Virus record (IMG/VR): IMGVR_UViG_3300028589_000001
From: a virus
Direction: 5' to 3' (one strand)
Length of the DNA stretch: 64,000 nucleotides
Shown here: positions 9,659 to 19,284 of the stretch, in pieces
Layout: each line of letters starts with the position of its first letter
Numbering within the stretch: the stretch's first letter is position 1
The notes under the pieces: generated by a model
Seen by the model: the letters and a program-made list of their open reading frames with translations, nothing else
What the model was told of the DNA's origin: nothing
Databases searched by the model: none
Made by a program: the position numbers and the translations under genes

Positions 9659-9886
9659 TTATTCCTTGGTGCGGTCGCCAGGCAGGCAGAAAATGGCCGG
9701 TAGGCTTGGGTCCATGGTTTGTAGGCAGGTCACGTTGATCTTCTCGTTGTAGAAGCTCAGCGTGTTTTCACGGTTGTACAGCCAGTTATAGGCCTTGATA
9801 CCTTGGTTGAAGGTAAACATGAAGATGGCGCTGACAATCAGGCACCAAACCAGCCACTTCAGGGCTTGCTCACAGAACTTCTTCAC
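9659..9886 (-). CDS. small membrane protein
   Basis: Hydrophobic segment LVWCLIVSAIFMF. Confidence 0.45.
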   Translation of the reverse strand: MKKFCEQALKWLVWCLIVSAIFMFTFNQGIKAYNWLYNRENTLSFYNEKINVTCLQTMDPSLPAIFCLPGDRTKE

Positions 9887-10098
9887 AGTTTAGCCACCCA
9901 GTTATTCAGTTTGCGGGTCCACTTGCTTGGCGCCAGCATGTAAGTCAGGGCCAAGGGCCAGATGGCGCCGATGATGCCCAAGGTACACACACGCTGCCAC
10001 ATAGTGTCACTGCGATAACGCGGATTTTGACGTTGGTTGACGTAGTGCGTAACTGCGGCGAAAACCAAGGCAATCGCCAGGTAAATGCACAGAATCAT
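9883..10098 (-). CDS. small membrane protein (2 TM)
   Basis: Internal Met of track ORF 9883..10173; two hydrophobic helices. Confidence 0.4.
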   Translation of the reverse strand: MILCIYLAIALVFAAVTHYVNQRQNPRYRSDTMWQRVCTLGIIGAIWPLALTYMLAPSKWTRKLNNWVAKL

Positions 10099-10544
10099 GC
10101 GATCTCTCCAAAGGTGTGTTTGATGATGGTTTCGGTGCCGGTAATGTTGACCAGCCAGCACTCTTTGTCCCACGGGTACGACTCACCGCTGCCGAACTTG
10201 CCACCGCCGACAACCATGTTGAAGGCCAGGGCCTTGTCATTACTCAGCGGTATGGCGCGGACATACACATCGAAGTGTCGTTCCCAGCTTGGGTCGATAC
10301 GAGGTTCTACACCCTGGGCCCGTACCGCGCGGTCATAGCGGCATTCATTAAAAGCGTCGGTCTGTCCACGCAGGTCTTCGACATGTTCCAGGATCGCAGC
10401 ACCACTCATGGTGGCGATGGTTTCAGGCAGCAGGCCTACGTGGGCTTGGCCCAACTCGACTGCCTTGTGGAGGATCAGCACGCCAGCGATGGCTTGTGGG
10501 GACAGCGCCAGCAGGCTGTCATGCAACAGAATTGCAGGGGTCAT
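10095..10544 (-). CDS. hypothetical protein (149 aa)
   Basis: ORF on the operon strand. Confidence 0.5.
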   Translation of the reverse strand: MTPAILLHDSLLALSPQAIAGVLILHKAVELGQAHVGLLPETIATMSGAAILEHVEDLRGQTDAFNECRYDRAVRAQGVEPRIDPSWERHFDVYVRAIPLSNDKALAFNMVVGGGKFGSGESYPWDKECWLVNITGTETIIKHTFGEIA

Positions 10545-10855
10545 TCGTTTGCACTCGGTGCGCCGATATACGGCTTGGTTTCGGGATACTGTGCAGTCAA
10601 GTCACTGAACAGACTGCCAAAGCGCCAGCTCATAGCGCCGGGCGACTTGTTCTTCACAACTTCGAGCAGACGGCCCACATCATCCTGTTGGAAGGTGTAG
10701 GACTCTTGCCCCAGGTATTTACCCTGGGTCTTACCTACATCGCCGGCTTCAACTACGAAAGCAATGCGTTGTACTTCAGGCTCGTCTACTTCATGACGGC
10801 GGGCTTCACTTACTTTCTTCACAACACCACCTTGGCATGTGGTTGATGAATCCAA
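10541..10855 (-). CDS. hypothetical protein (104 aa)
   Basis: ORF on the operon strand. Confidence 0.45.
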   Translation of the reverse strand: MDSSTTCQGGVVKKVSEARRHEVDEPEVQRIAFVVEAGDVGKTQGKYLGQESYTFQQDDVGRLLEVVKNKSPGAMSWRFGSLFSDLTAQYPETKPYIGAPSANE

Positions 10856-11031
10856 CCGTGCTCAGTGCACAAAGTGCGTCTGGTGGTCGAACCGCTGTGC
10901 AGGTTGACGATAAGTTCTTCAGTTGCGATGTGTGGATTGTCGTAGTCTTCGTTGGTGTAGACTTCGCCTGTCTTTAACTCACTTACATGCAGCAGACACT
11001 GCTTCTGCGCAGACACTTCGATTTGCATAGA
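10819..11031 (-). CDS. hypothetical small protein
   Basis: Internal Met of track ORF 10819..11238; a hairpin-rich noncoding stretch lies upstream. Confidence 0.3.
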   Translation of the reverse strand, partial: SMQIEVSAQKQCLLHVSELKTGEVYTNEDYDNPHIATEELIVNLHSGSTTRRTLCTEHGWIHQPHAKVVL

Positions 11032-11241
11032 CTGTCTCCTTGGTTTCCGGGGGCTTTTAGGTCGCCTAGTGGGCGACCGGCACTTCTGACAATAAAAAAA
11101 TACACTCCGCAGCCCGTAAGGGCCGCAGAGCGCGTAAGTGGCCGGAGGCCACGTCACTTCGTTTATTTGAAGAATCTTGTGTACATAAAGTGGAACACTG
11201 CGTCGATAAAGAACGCTAATACTGCAATAGCAAGCCATTCT

Positions 11242-12507
11242 TCAAGAGATAGCATAGGTAGACTCCAGAATCATGTTGGCCAATTCGTCACCGTTCATTG
11301 CGTTGTCATAGTGCGGTTCTACACCGGTAATCTGTTTGAACACATCTTCCAGTGCACGACCACGAGCCAAGTCAGCCAGAATGCTTACATAGTGCGCACT
11401 CATGGCATTACAGTGGTTTGGGTGGCACTTGAACTCGTCATGCACAGTGATAACGTCGAACGCGCCGGCGTTCCACATCTCCAGCGCAATTTCATACAGT
11501 CGCACCAGATGCGGCGTCTCCATATAGCAGATGTTGGCGGTAGTCATATGCGGGAATATAACAACGTCAGCTACACGAGTGTGGTAGTAACGCTCAAGAT
11601 ATACGTGCATGGTTTCAGTGATTTCTTCAAGTTCAGCCTCCAAACCACCACGCTCATTACGGCGCGCAAGCTCGAACTCCATTACCTTAATGGCTTTGGC
11701 GAGCATATCCACATCATAGGTGCACCGGCGCTGCACACAGCGCAGCAAGTAGGCATCGAAGCTGTGGGTAACGTTAGCTACCAGCTTCAAGTCCTTCTTG
11801 GTGCCTTCGTTGACGTAGTAGTCCATGCTGAAGGTGCTGTGGCCCAACTCGTCCACTTCAACGCGGGCGCCTTCCACCTTCTGCATGACCTTGATGCGGG
11901 CATGGAAGTTGTCCGGCATTACCCACTTGTGCTCCAGCGCAAACGGTTGCCACGCAGCGCGCAGGTCGCCCAGCAGCTCTACTGCACCTGGGGCAATGTC
12001 GGTCAGGCCTTTGTAGAAGGCTTCCAGCTCTGGGGTATCTTCACCGAAGATGTCCCGTGGGGTCTTCACCGAGCCATACAGCGCAGTCATGGTGGCGTCC
12101 TTGGCGTCACCACGGTCGATGGCCAAGCCTCCGCCCAAGTACTGCGACGCCCTATCGGTCACCATGGTGTACGCATCGTTCCGGGTGTCCGGGTCGATCA
12201 GGTTGGTGGCCAGGCAGCCCAAGTAGCACTTGGTCAGCACGGACATGATGCTCATGCCGCTACAGGTTGCATCCAGGCCTACCAGATGGCCAATGGCTTG
12301 ACCTTTACAGGCACGCAGCAGGCCCATGACAGCCTTGACATACAGCGGGCGTTCCTTCTTCGGGCTGGCCAACACGGTCAGTCGCTCGAAGTTATCTTTA
12401 ACCCACTGAATACGCACTTCAAAGGTTTTCTTGTCCAAACCATACTGGTTTGCGATATCGATGCACAGCCATTCAACAGGGGTATATTGACGCTTCATAG
12501 GAGACAC
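11242..12507 (-). CDS. phage RNA polymerase II large subunit (T7-like single-subunit RNAP, palm/fingers half)
   Basis: LDATCSGMSIMS matches T7 motif A (DGSCSGIQH); ITVHDEFKCH matches T7 motif C (HDSFG). Confidence 0.8.
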   Translation of the reverse strand: MSPMKRQYTPVEWLCIDIANQYGLDKKTFEVRIQWVKDNFERLTVLASPKKERPLYVKAVMGLLRACKGQAIGHLVGLDATCSGMSIMSVLTKCYLGCLATNLIDPDTRNDAYTMVTDRASQYLGGGLAIDRGDAKDATMTALYGSVKTPRDIFGEDTPELEAFYKGLTDIAPGAVELLGDLRAAWQPFALEHKWVMPDNFHARIKVMQKVEGARVEVDELGHSTFSMDYYVNEGTKKDLKLVANVTHSFDAYLLRCVQRRCTYDVDMLAKAIKVMEFELARRNERGGLEAELEEITETMHVYLERYYHTRVADVVIFPHMTTANICYMETPHLVRLYEIALEMWNAGAFDVITVHDEFKCHPNHCNAMSAHYVSILADLARGRALEDVFKQITGVEPHYDNAMNGDELANMILESTYAIS

Positions 12508-12527
12508 TCCAATAGTTATAGGCTGAC

Positions 12528-12836
12528 TCAGCCCAGTAGTAAGTCTTTAAGTAGTATTGCCTTGGTAATACAGTCTTCAGGTTGCTTTACAGCCATGAAC
12601 ATGACACGGGTGCCGCTACTGTAGTGGCTTGCCTTGCGTGCAGCCCATACAGCACCATCAAACACAAAGCACACGTAATTCCAGAATTCCGGGGTATCCC
12701 GGAACCCTTCTTGGTTATCAGTATGGAAAGCCCAGTACTCTTCTTCTCCGGCAGTACCTTCATTCTTTAGTGAGCGCCACTTTGCAGGTAGCACCTGTAT
12801 GTCGGTTGGTTCGTGCCGCCAATACAGTCGAGACAT
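12528..12836 (-). CDS. small early protein, member of the C-terminal-motif paralog family
   Basis: C-terminus ITKAILLKDLLLG resembles the family motif; YW-containing core. Confidence 0.45.
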   Translation of the reverse strand: MSRLYWRHEPTDIQVLPAKWRSLKNEGTAGEEEYWAFHTDNQEGFRDTPEFWNYVCFVFDGAVWAARKASHYSSGTRVMFMAVKQPEDCITKAILLKDLLLG

Positions 12837-12837
12837 G

Positions 12838-13230
12838 TCAGTACTCCACTATCCTCACTGGTTTCGATCGGCGCTTCATCTCACCGATCATGTTGCCAGT
12901 ACCCTTGGACTCACCGTCCCAGAAAGCCAGCAGGCCAGACCCGTGCTCAGCCATGTAGGCATTGCGCATTGGGCCGGCTGCCTTGCCATGCTGCGACCAT
13001 TCGGCCGGCACACCCATGTAACGTAGCTTGAGGGCCTGGGCGGCCAGCTTGGCCCAGTAGTCAGCGCCACGAGGGCACTCACCACTGATGATGACGACCT
13101 CATAAGGCGCCAGCTCCTTCCACATGAGCTTGCAGACCTCTCGTTTGAGCAAGTCAAAGTCGTTGAAATCGCGACCACCAGCTACCACAAGGTAGTAGGG
13201 TGGTTTAGAAGCGGAATTCGTCTGGGACAT
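12838..13230 (-). CDS. SLOG/DprA-LOG-like Rossmann protein (DUF2493-like)
   Basis: LVVAGGRDF ... VVIISGECPRGADYWA ... AGPMRN glycine-rich nucleotide-binding-type motifs. Confidence 0.45.
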   Translation of the reverse strand: MSQTNSASKPPYYLVVAGGRDFNDFDLLKREVCKLMWKELAPYEVVIISGECPRGADYWAKLAAQALKLRYMGVPAEWSQHGKAAGPMRNAYMAEHGSGLLAFWDGESKGTGNMIGEMKRRSKPVRIVEY

Positions 13231-14134
13231 CGGTAATCACCTCTTTGTTGTGTAGTTCAACCATGGCTTTCTTGATTGGGCTGCCTTGAGTGCTGATATG
13301 GTAACCACAGGCGTACAGACGCCCACGTTTGTCACACTTGTGGTCCAGATAGAACTTATTACCCTGTTGGGCCATCAGATGATAGAACTCATACGACTGG
13401 CCTTTCATGTCGAGCCAGTTCTTCACCTTTTCAGGTGTATCCAGCTCACTGTTGGGCTCTTCTTCAACAAGGCACAGGAATTCCGTGTCCAGGGACAATG
13501 GAATGCTATTCTTGATGTTGATAGCGTCCAAACAGATGTCATCACTGTGATGACCCTTGTTCAAGATCCTTGAGGTGTCCTCAATGGTCAGGTACGGGGT
13601 ATCACGGTTATGGGTGAGCTTCTTAGGCTCGCAAACCAGTGGTGGCAGGTAAGTGGCGTTCTTTATGTACTCTTCCAGCTCTGGCGGCAGTTGAACGTTG
13701 CTGGTGATATGCAAGCTGTCAAACTTGTCATTCTTGTCGATATCGAAGAAGTCAGTTTCACACAGCACGGCTGCGATCTCTGCAACGGTCTTTACCGACT
13801 CCAGCTTGTCATCGAAGCCCAGGATACCTGCTAGTTTCGCGCAGAAGCTGCTATACAGCTCACGCGACTGGCAATAAACACTTGCAACCACAACGTCTAG
13901 CACAATGGCTTCAAGATCCATTGCACGCAGCGCAGCTACGCGCACATTCTTGCTGCTGTAGCTGAACTCCGTGTTTGCCCACTCAGTGAGCAGGGTCAAC
14001 CCCTTCGCCAGCGCTGGCTGGAATACTTCCGTGGCAGCGATGTACTTGCGCACATAGCCGTCGATGTGATGGCGGGCAAAGCGGTATTCGTTCGCGCGCT
14101 GCATATCATCAGGCAACATCAGTGCTGGTTTCAT
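13205..14134 (-). CDS. phage RNA polymerase II small subunit (T7-like RNAP N-terminal-half homolog)
   Basis: YLDHKCDKRGRLYACGYHISTQGSP resembles T7 RNAP DWRGRVYAVS; lies upstream of the large-subunit gene. Confidence 0.7.
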   Translation of the reverse strand: MKPALMLPDDMQRANEYRFARHHIDGYVRKYIAATEVFQPALAKGLTLLTEWANTEFSYSSKNVRVAALRAMDLEAIVLDVVVASVYCQSRELYSSFCAKLAGILGFDDKLESVKTVAEIAAVLCETDFFDIDKNDKFDSLHITSNVQLPPELEEYIKNATYLPPLVCEPKKLTHNRDTPYLTIEDTSRILNKGHHSDDICLDAINIKNSIPLSLDTEFLCLVEEEPNSELDTPEKVKNWLDMKGQSYEFYHLMAQQGNKFYLDHKCDKRGRLYACGYHISTQGSPIKKAMVELHNKEVITDVPDEFRF

Positions 14135-14137
14135 GGT

Positions 14138-14413
14138 TTAGTCCTTGTTGAGGTGGTGTAGTAACAGTATTTCGGGAGGAACTTGGTCTTCGTTACAGGC
14201 ATTCCAAGAGAAATGGGTTATACCTGTTCTGCGGCCCCATGTAGCGGGGTATTTGTCATCAGCCGGCCACCAAGTAAAGAACTTGGAGCCTTCAGGACAA
14301 TCATGGCTGTCTTCGTTTGGATCAGGTCTGCGTGGGCAGGCACTAATCAGTTTTGGGTAGTACTCCCACGTTTCCCAGTCCCAAACCATGGCATACACGT
14401 AGTGGATGTTCAT
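14138..14413 (-). CDS. small early protein, C-terminal-motif paralog family
   Basis: C-terminus QVPPEILLLHHLNKD. Confidence 0.5.
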   Translation of the reverse strand: MNIHYVYAMVWDWETWEYYPKLISACPRRPDPNEDSHDCPEGSKFFTWWPADDKYPATWGRRTGITHFSWNACNEDQVPPEILLLHHLNKD

Positions 14414-14694
14414 ACATTCAACAAGTGCAACATTTTGAGTTCTTGGGGCACGTCACACTCACGTACCGTGGACCAAGTAGGATCACCTACACCCCGCATA
14501 CGCAGATCAGCCCAGACATCTGGCCTATCAGACCTAACGGCCCACAAAGCGCGTCCGTGGTGTATCTTGAGCCCAAACCGCTTAGTTAACACATCACTAG
14601 TAGCCTCGGTGGTTTGATCTATGAAGAAGTAACGCTTCTGCATGTTTTGGACGTCATCTTCCTCCGCATACAGGTGATATCTGATATTACTCAT
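14410..14694 (-). CDS. small early protein, C-terminal-motif paralog family
   Basis: C-terminus DVPQELKMLHLLNV; internal Met of track ORF 14410..14898. Confidence 0.45.
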   Translation of the reverse strand: MSNIRYHLYAEEDDVQNMQKRYFFIDQTTEATSDVLTKRFGLKIHHGRALWAVRSDRPDVWADLRMRGVGDPTWSTVRECDVPQELKMLHLLNV

Positions 14695-14947
14695 CTTTAA
14701 GCGTCCTATAGAGCATGATTTCACGTGGTACTTCATCTTCCCGTATGGCTTCCCATGCAGCACAGCTACTGATGCACTTATGCCACAAATTGAGCGTACC
14801 ACGACGCATATACAGGTCTTCGGAGTACATGTGCATAGCTTCTCGGAATCGCCAAGCTGACTGATGCGAATAACACACAGTTTCTTTGACTCCGTCATTT
14901 GTAAGCCAGTAGACAGGTCTCATGTCTACTCCAGCAGGGTTAGCCAT
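14687..14947 (-). CDS. small early protein, C-terminal-motif paralog family
   Basis: C-terminus EVPREIMLYRTLKDE; the start may be the second Met, which has a GGAG SD. Confidence 0.45.
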   Translation of the reverse strand: MANPAGVDMRPVYWLTNDGVKETVCYSHQSAWRFREAMHMYSEDLYMRRGTLNLWHKCISSCAAWEAIREDEVPREIMLYRTLKDE

Positions 14948-15270
14948 AGTTGAATCTCCGAGGGGAGGTCTTTAAGCGCTACGTTGTGCCACCCTATGGC
15001 GGAATTGGTGTTTGGGTGGTACTTATACCCCACACGCCACCATTGGTTGTTGTTCATAGGCACATAAACGTTATCAGCGCCGTACTGCTCTACTACAGCA
15101 GTCGCTGTGTTGGGTATCACATCTCGAAACTCAACGTGTACCCCTTCTGGTTTGATGATGAGTGCGTACACCCTCTTACCGTCAATCTCCACGTTTTGAT
15201 ACTCACTTATACGTTTATATGTATTAAGTAGGCGCTCTAACGTTATGCTGTCGCGCCATACAGGTGTCAC
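14926..15270 (-). CDS. small early protein, C-terminal-motif paralog family
   Basis: C-terminus DLPSEIQLWLTLLE. Confidence 0.5.
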   Translation of the reverse strand: MTPVWRDSITLERLLNTYKRISEYQNVEIDGKRVYALIIKPEGVHVEFRDVIPNTATAVVEQYGADNVYVPMNNNQWWRVGYKYHPNTNSAIGWHNVALKDLPSEIQLWLTLLE

Positions 15271-15698
15271 AGCTTCCAGACTTGGACATTGTCCGGCAGG
15301 ATGCGGTAGATCGACTCGAACAGGAAGTCCGGCTCTTTGCCACCCGGGTGTTCCAGCGCATACACCTTGTCAGGGTTGGCCTGAGCTACCTCGCGCAGCA
15401 GCTTGGCCGCGTGGCTGATCAGCTTCAGATCAGGGCCGTTCTTGGGCAGGTGCTCATTCTGGAACACGCCAATCTTGGCCGAGGGTGGGCATATGAAATG
15501 CCAGAACTCACCCTTGTCTGTCATGGCTTTACCCAGTTGCTTGGGTACCAATGGCATCTTTGCAGCCAGGCGGCCAGCTGCACCGTTGAGCATGATGCGC
15601 TCGCCATCACTGCGTACAGCACTATTCATGCAAATGATCAGTACGGTGTTTGGACGTCCTAACAGACTCAGTACGTCGCCTTGGTGTTTAGTAGCCAT
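15267..15698 (-). CDS. hypothetical protein (143 aa)
   Basis: Internal Met of track ORF 15267..16019, preceded by GGAGG. Confidence 0.45.
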   Translation of the reverse strand: MATKHQGDVLSLLGRPNTVLIICMNSAVRSDGERIMLNGAAGRLAAKMPLVPKQLGKAMTDKGEFWHFICPPSAKIGVFQNEHLPKNGPDLKLISHAAKLLREVAQANPDKVYALEHPGGKEPDFLFESIYRILPDNVQVWKL

Positions 15699-15699
15699 G

Positions 15700-15945
15700 T
15701 CAATCCTCCAGATATAAGAACAGTTGGATCTCTTTAGGGATATCCAATTCGTTAATGGGCATTTCAGTGCGTTGCTGATAGCCGCCACCGTTGTAGTACC
15801 ACACAGTGGTCCAGCCTTGCTGTTGTAGCGGTTTCTTGGGCTTACCGCACAGGTAATAGCGGTGATAGGGGCTTGGTGCTTGCTTCTCAGGCACATAAGC
15901 CCCGTCACGCAGCACGTACCACGTATGATCGTGATACACGGACAT
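15700..15945 (-). CDS. small early protein, C-terminal-motif paralog family
   Basis: C-terminus DIPKEIQLFLYLED; GGAGGG SD. Confidence 0.5.
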   Translation of the reverse strand: MSVYHDHTWYVLRDGAYVPEKQAPSPYHRYYLCGKPKKPLQQQGWTTVWYYNGGGYQQRTEMPINELDIPKEIQLFLYLED

Positions 15946-16215
15946 TTAACCCTCCAACATGAGATAGAGCTGTATAACATCCGGCAGTGCGTTTCTTGTG
16001 AGCGTAACGTTAGCACCAAGCATTACCCACTCCTCAGCGCCGTCAGAGTTACTGACAGTGCGCATATAACGGTCGTACTCACGCAACGATGCGTTAGGTG
16101 GGGGTTTGAGGTGCAGTTCGTCGGTCTGCCGGTGCACATAATAGAAGAACTGTGCGCCTGGCACGTTCCAGTCCTTCGGTTTGGTACGGCTACTGGTATT
16201 CACGCAGGTGCCCAT
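15946..16215 (-). CDS. small early protein, C-terminal-motif paralog family
   Basis: C-terminus ALPDVIQLYLMLEG. Confidence 0.5.
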   Translation of the reverse strand: MGTCVNTSSRTKPKDWNVPGAQFFYYVHRQTDELHLKPPPNASLREYDRYMRTVSNSDGAEEWVMLGANVTLTRNALPDVIQLYLMLEG

Positions 16216-16501
16216 TGTTGTTCATGAACAATACGGCCTTGTTGGTGCTGTTACAGCACAACACGGCGGTGTGAATGCGGTGAAACTGGTAGCTATTCAC
16301 AACTTGCTGCGCTTGTCGCGCATCCTGCACCGGATGGCTTACTTTGTGGAATTCTTCATCAGCGAAGAACTCCACATGCAGCGTAAACGGGCTATCGAAA
16401 CCCAAAGCGCTTTCACGCTGGCTGCGGACCAGCTCACGTAGCAATAGTGCGATGCACAGTAGTAAAACCAGCAGTGTTACGATTGCGATGTGGTTAGTCA
16501 T
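16190..16501 (-). CDS. membrane protein (N-terminal TM)
   Basis: N-terminal IVTLLVLLLCIALLL. Confidence 0.4.
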   Translation of the reverse strand: MTNHIAIVTLLVLLLCIALLLRELVRSQRESALGFDSPFTLHVEFFADEEFHKVSHPVQDARQAQQVVNSYQFHRIHTAVLCCNSTNKAVLFMNNNGHLREYQ

Positions 16502-17136
16502 TGCATTTTCACCTGTTTGAGGTTGTTGTCATATTTTTCGTTCAGCGCTTTGTTGAAGCTGAGCCTTACAGGCAACAACTTCATCTTTTCGGTGATGGTT
16601 TGGCTTACAGCCACACCAAAACAGTGCAACCGTGTGTTAGCACGCTCAGCCAGACCTTTATTGAACTTTATATCAGCTTCCAGCGTTGCAACGGTTTTAG
16701 CATGCTTAGCGCGCAGCAATTTACCCATTGCACGCTTACCACGGGTAATCATGCGCTTGTTGTGATCAGAACTAATGTCAGCCAGCTCATTGTGCAGTTC
16801 AGCCAGTTGATCGGACATAGACTGAGCTTCGTCACACACAAAGGTGTAACGCTGCGTCAGTTGGTCGTGTTGCTCCTTCCAATACTTACTGGCTTGCTCT
16901 GCGAGCAGCAGATTTTTGGCAGCTTCAACACTGTTGTCAGCAACGGTCTGCTCATGGTCACGGATGACCTTTTGCAGCAATGCTTCCTGCTCACTGTGTA
17001 GCTTGGAAAGCAACTTCGTTACACCCAAGATTTCTTCTTCTTTGCGACGCTCACATACGGAATAACCTATCAATGCGCCGATGAAGGCAGCAAACGCAGC
17101 TGCTGCTGCCAAATAAGCTACAAATTCCATATCCAT
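16498..17136 (-). CDS. membrane-anchored coiled-coil protein
   Basis: N-terminal AAAFAAFIGALIGY followed by long heptad-like repeats. Confidence 0.5.
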   Translation of the reverse strand: MDMEFVAYLAAAAAFAAFIGALIGYSVCERRKEEEILGVTKLLSKLHSEQEALLQKVIRDHEQTVADNSVEAAKNLLLAEQASKYWKEQHDQLTQRYTFVCDEAQSMSDQLAELHNELADISSDHNKRMITRGKRAMGKLLRAKHAKTVATLEADIKFNKGLAERANTRLHCFGVAVSQTITEKMKLLPVRLSFNKALNEKYDNNLKQVKMQ

Positions 17137-17137
17137 G

Positions 17138-17716
17138 TCACTTACTCCAGTCTTTAGGGCCTACAGGGCCACGATTAGGTTGTGGTTTACGTTTATGTTG
17201 GTTTTGGTGCGGGGTTTTGTCGAGCGGCTGTAGTTTGTGCCGTTTAGCGTGCTGCAAGCTGCTCCAGAAGAACTGATCGGGGTCTTCATGCTTGATGACG
17301 ATGTCATCCACCACGACCTTCACTGGTTTGTTGCTGCTGCGTATTGGCGGCACCATGTAATAGGCCATGGTGTCTAATCCGTTCGACGCCACATCCATAC
17401 CCAGCAAGGTCTTGCCTGGCTGCCGCCCGCTGACTATGGGTACCTGTCCCAGCTTGTCCATGGCATCTTTGATATCGCGGTACCAGTCTGCTGTGGTCTT
17501 TTTGGGCAGGGTCTGCGCCGGGGCATTCAGCATGACCTTGCCAAAGTCCAGCGCAGACATGCTGGTCAAGCTGTCGATCACACGCCGCTCAAGCCAGTTG
17601 AAGTCAGGCTTGTCCAGTTCAAAGTGGGCCAGCCGCATTTGTTCGTCTATGTCCATGACTGCTCCTATATAAAGAAGAAGGCCACCACCCCGGTTGGGAT
17701 GATGGCCAATGGGCAT
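17138..17716 (-). CDS. hypothetical protein
   Basis: ORF; the start may be the internal Met. Confidence 0.45.
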   Translation of the reverse strand: MPIGHHPNRGGGLLLYIGAVMDIDEQMRLAHFELDKPDFNWLERRVIDSLTSMSALDFGKVMLNAPAQTLPKKTTADWYRDIKDAMDKLGQVPIVSGRQPGKTLLGMDVASNGLDTMAYYMVPPIRSSNKPVKVVVDDIVIKHEDPDQFFWSSLQHAKRHKLQPLDKTPHQNQHKRKPQPNRGPVGPKDWSK

Positions 17717-18066
17717 TACAGTGCCAGTTCGGACTCGGCCTCGTCTGGCGATGGGTTGAAGGTCAGTTGCAGCATCTCAGCCAAGCGGTTGATACGCTCG
17801 ACACTCAGCTGCTTGATCTCCTCGTCGGACATGCCTTCGAGGTTGTCACCTTCTTTGGACAGGTTCAGGTGCGCGAACACCTGCTCGTGAATCGGGTTGC
17901 CCTTGATCAGGCGCACGCTATCGACGCGACGGTGCTTGCCTGGGGTTTTGGTGGGCAGACCGAGGTTCAGGTAACCCAGAATTTCTTGCTTGGCGCGGCC
18001 GCCGCCGTTGTTAGCGGTGCCGGTGGCTGCTTGTGCTTGTGCTTTGGCGGTGTCTTTGAAAGCCAT
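17716..18066 (-). CDS. hypothetical protein (116 aa)
   Basis: ORF on the operon strand. Confidence 0.5.
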   Translation of the reverse strand: MAFKDTAKAQAQAATGTANNGGGRAKQEILGYLNLGLPTKTPGKHRRVDSVRLIKGNPIHEQVFAHLNLSKEGDNLEGMSDEEIKQLSVERINRLAEMLQLTFNPSPDEAESELAL

Positions 18067-18141
18067 GATGTAGTTCTCTCTGTAGATTAGAAGTGGTTGG
18101 CATGATTGCCGTTACAAGGCCGGAGGCCGTGCTTTTGATCT

Positions 18142-18420
18142 TTATGCTGCGAGTTGCGGTCTTGCGGTTTGGTTGGCCAGCTCAGTGAGCACTTCAAGCT
18201 CAAATTCCGGCAGGTTGAAGGCGTAGTCGTTGGGACTGGACATGTACAACTCGTCACCGAGGTACAGATGCCATTGGTCGTCACGTAGCTTGAAGTGGCC
18301 AATGCCTACACCCTTGCGGGTCAAACCGGCGTGACAGTCCACTCGATACAGTGGTTCATCACCCACAAAGTAGGTGAAGCTGTCGTCTTTGAGGTTCAGC
18401 ACTTGTTTGAGATGTACCAT
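18142..18420 (-). CDS. hypothetical protein (92 aa)
   Basis: ORF on the operon strand. Confidence 0.45.
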   Translation of the reverse strand: MVHLKQVLNLKDDSFTYFVGDEPLYRVDCHAGLTRKGVGIGHFKLRDDQWHLYLGDELYMSSPNDYAFNLPEFELEVLTELANQTARPQLAA

Positions 18421-18683
18421 CAGTTCAGTTCCTTTTGTATGTGGATGGACACGTTGTACCCGATGTTCACGGCGCAGCTGTACAGCTTGTCCAAGCTTAC
18501 GCCTTGATGGTCGCCTTTGATGATGCGGTAGGCCACTGACTCACTACAGCCAAGATACTTGGCCACTTCGGCACCCTTTTCCAGCTGATTCCACGCCAAG
18601 GCGCGCTTGAGATGGTTCAACAGTTCTTCTTTACGAGAATTCAGGTTGCACAGCACCCAAGACGGAGTTCTGTTCACAGACAC
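18420..18683 (-). CDS. XRE/Cro-like helix-turn-helix DNA-binding protein
   Basis: VAKYLGCSESVAYRIIKG helix-turn-helix signature. Confidence 0.6.
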   Translation of the reverse strand: MSVNRTPSWVLCNLNSRKEELLNHLKRALAWNQLEKGAEVAKYLGCSESVAYRIIKGDHQGVSLDKLYSCAVNIGYNVSIHIQKELN

Positions 18684-18951
18684 AGTTAGTACCTCGTTAG
18701 ACTATATTCATACTGGTTTCAGGGCCGTATACGCTATGGTTTTCCATAGACACATAGGCCCATTTGAGAACTTTTAGGTTCTAGGTTAGAAGTTGTTGCA
18801 CAAGGCGATGACAGCTGCTGGGGTAGCAGCTTTGTTCAGGCCTGTGGTCACCAGATGCTGGACGATCAGGTGGACGTTGATGTTGCGCAGATACATGTCA
18901 CGGACAAGTGTTCTCACGAATGGACGCACGGCGCCCTCCTTAAATAGATGT

Positions 18952-19284
18952 TTAGAGACCTTCGTTTTCCATAGCAAGGGCGAAGCCCTGCCACCAGTCG
19001 CGGCAATGCTCGACTGTGATTTTGTGATGCTGGATGCCCAGTGTCTTGACCAGGTGGTTGATCAGCGTCGTGACACCAGTAGCCCTCAGCTTGCGTTCGA
19101 TACGACGGCGCAACAGGTCGGCGCTGACACGGCTCAGATTACCGTCCAATACCTCGTGGTTTAGGAACGGGCACATGAAATTCATGTCATAGCCCCGCTT
19201 GAACGTGGTGCCGTGTGGGCGCATGAACTCAGGCTTGTAGCGGTCACTGCAGACCAGGCCCAGCAGGTAGTAGGACAGTTTCAT
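18952..19284 (-). CDS. hypothetical protein (110 aa)
   Basis: ORF on the operon strand. Confidence 0.45.
   Translation of the reverse strand: MKLSYYLLGLVCSDRYKPEFMRPHGTTFKRGYDMNFMCPFLNHEVLDGNLSRVSADLLRRRIERKLRATGVTTLINHLVKTLGIQHHKITVEHCRDWWQGFALAMENEGL

Noticed and set aside
10987-12624. 545-aa plus-strand ORF
   Set aside because: Antisense to the RNAP II large-subunit gene, which has clear T7 RNAP motifs.
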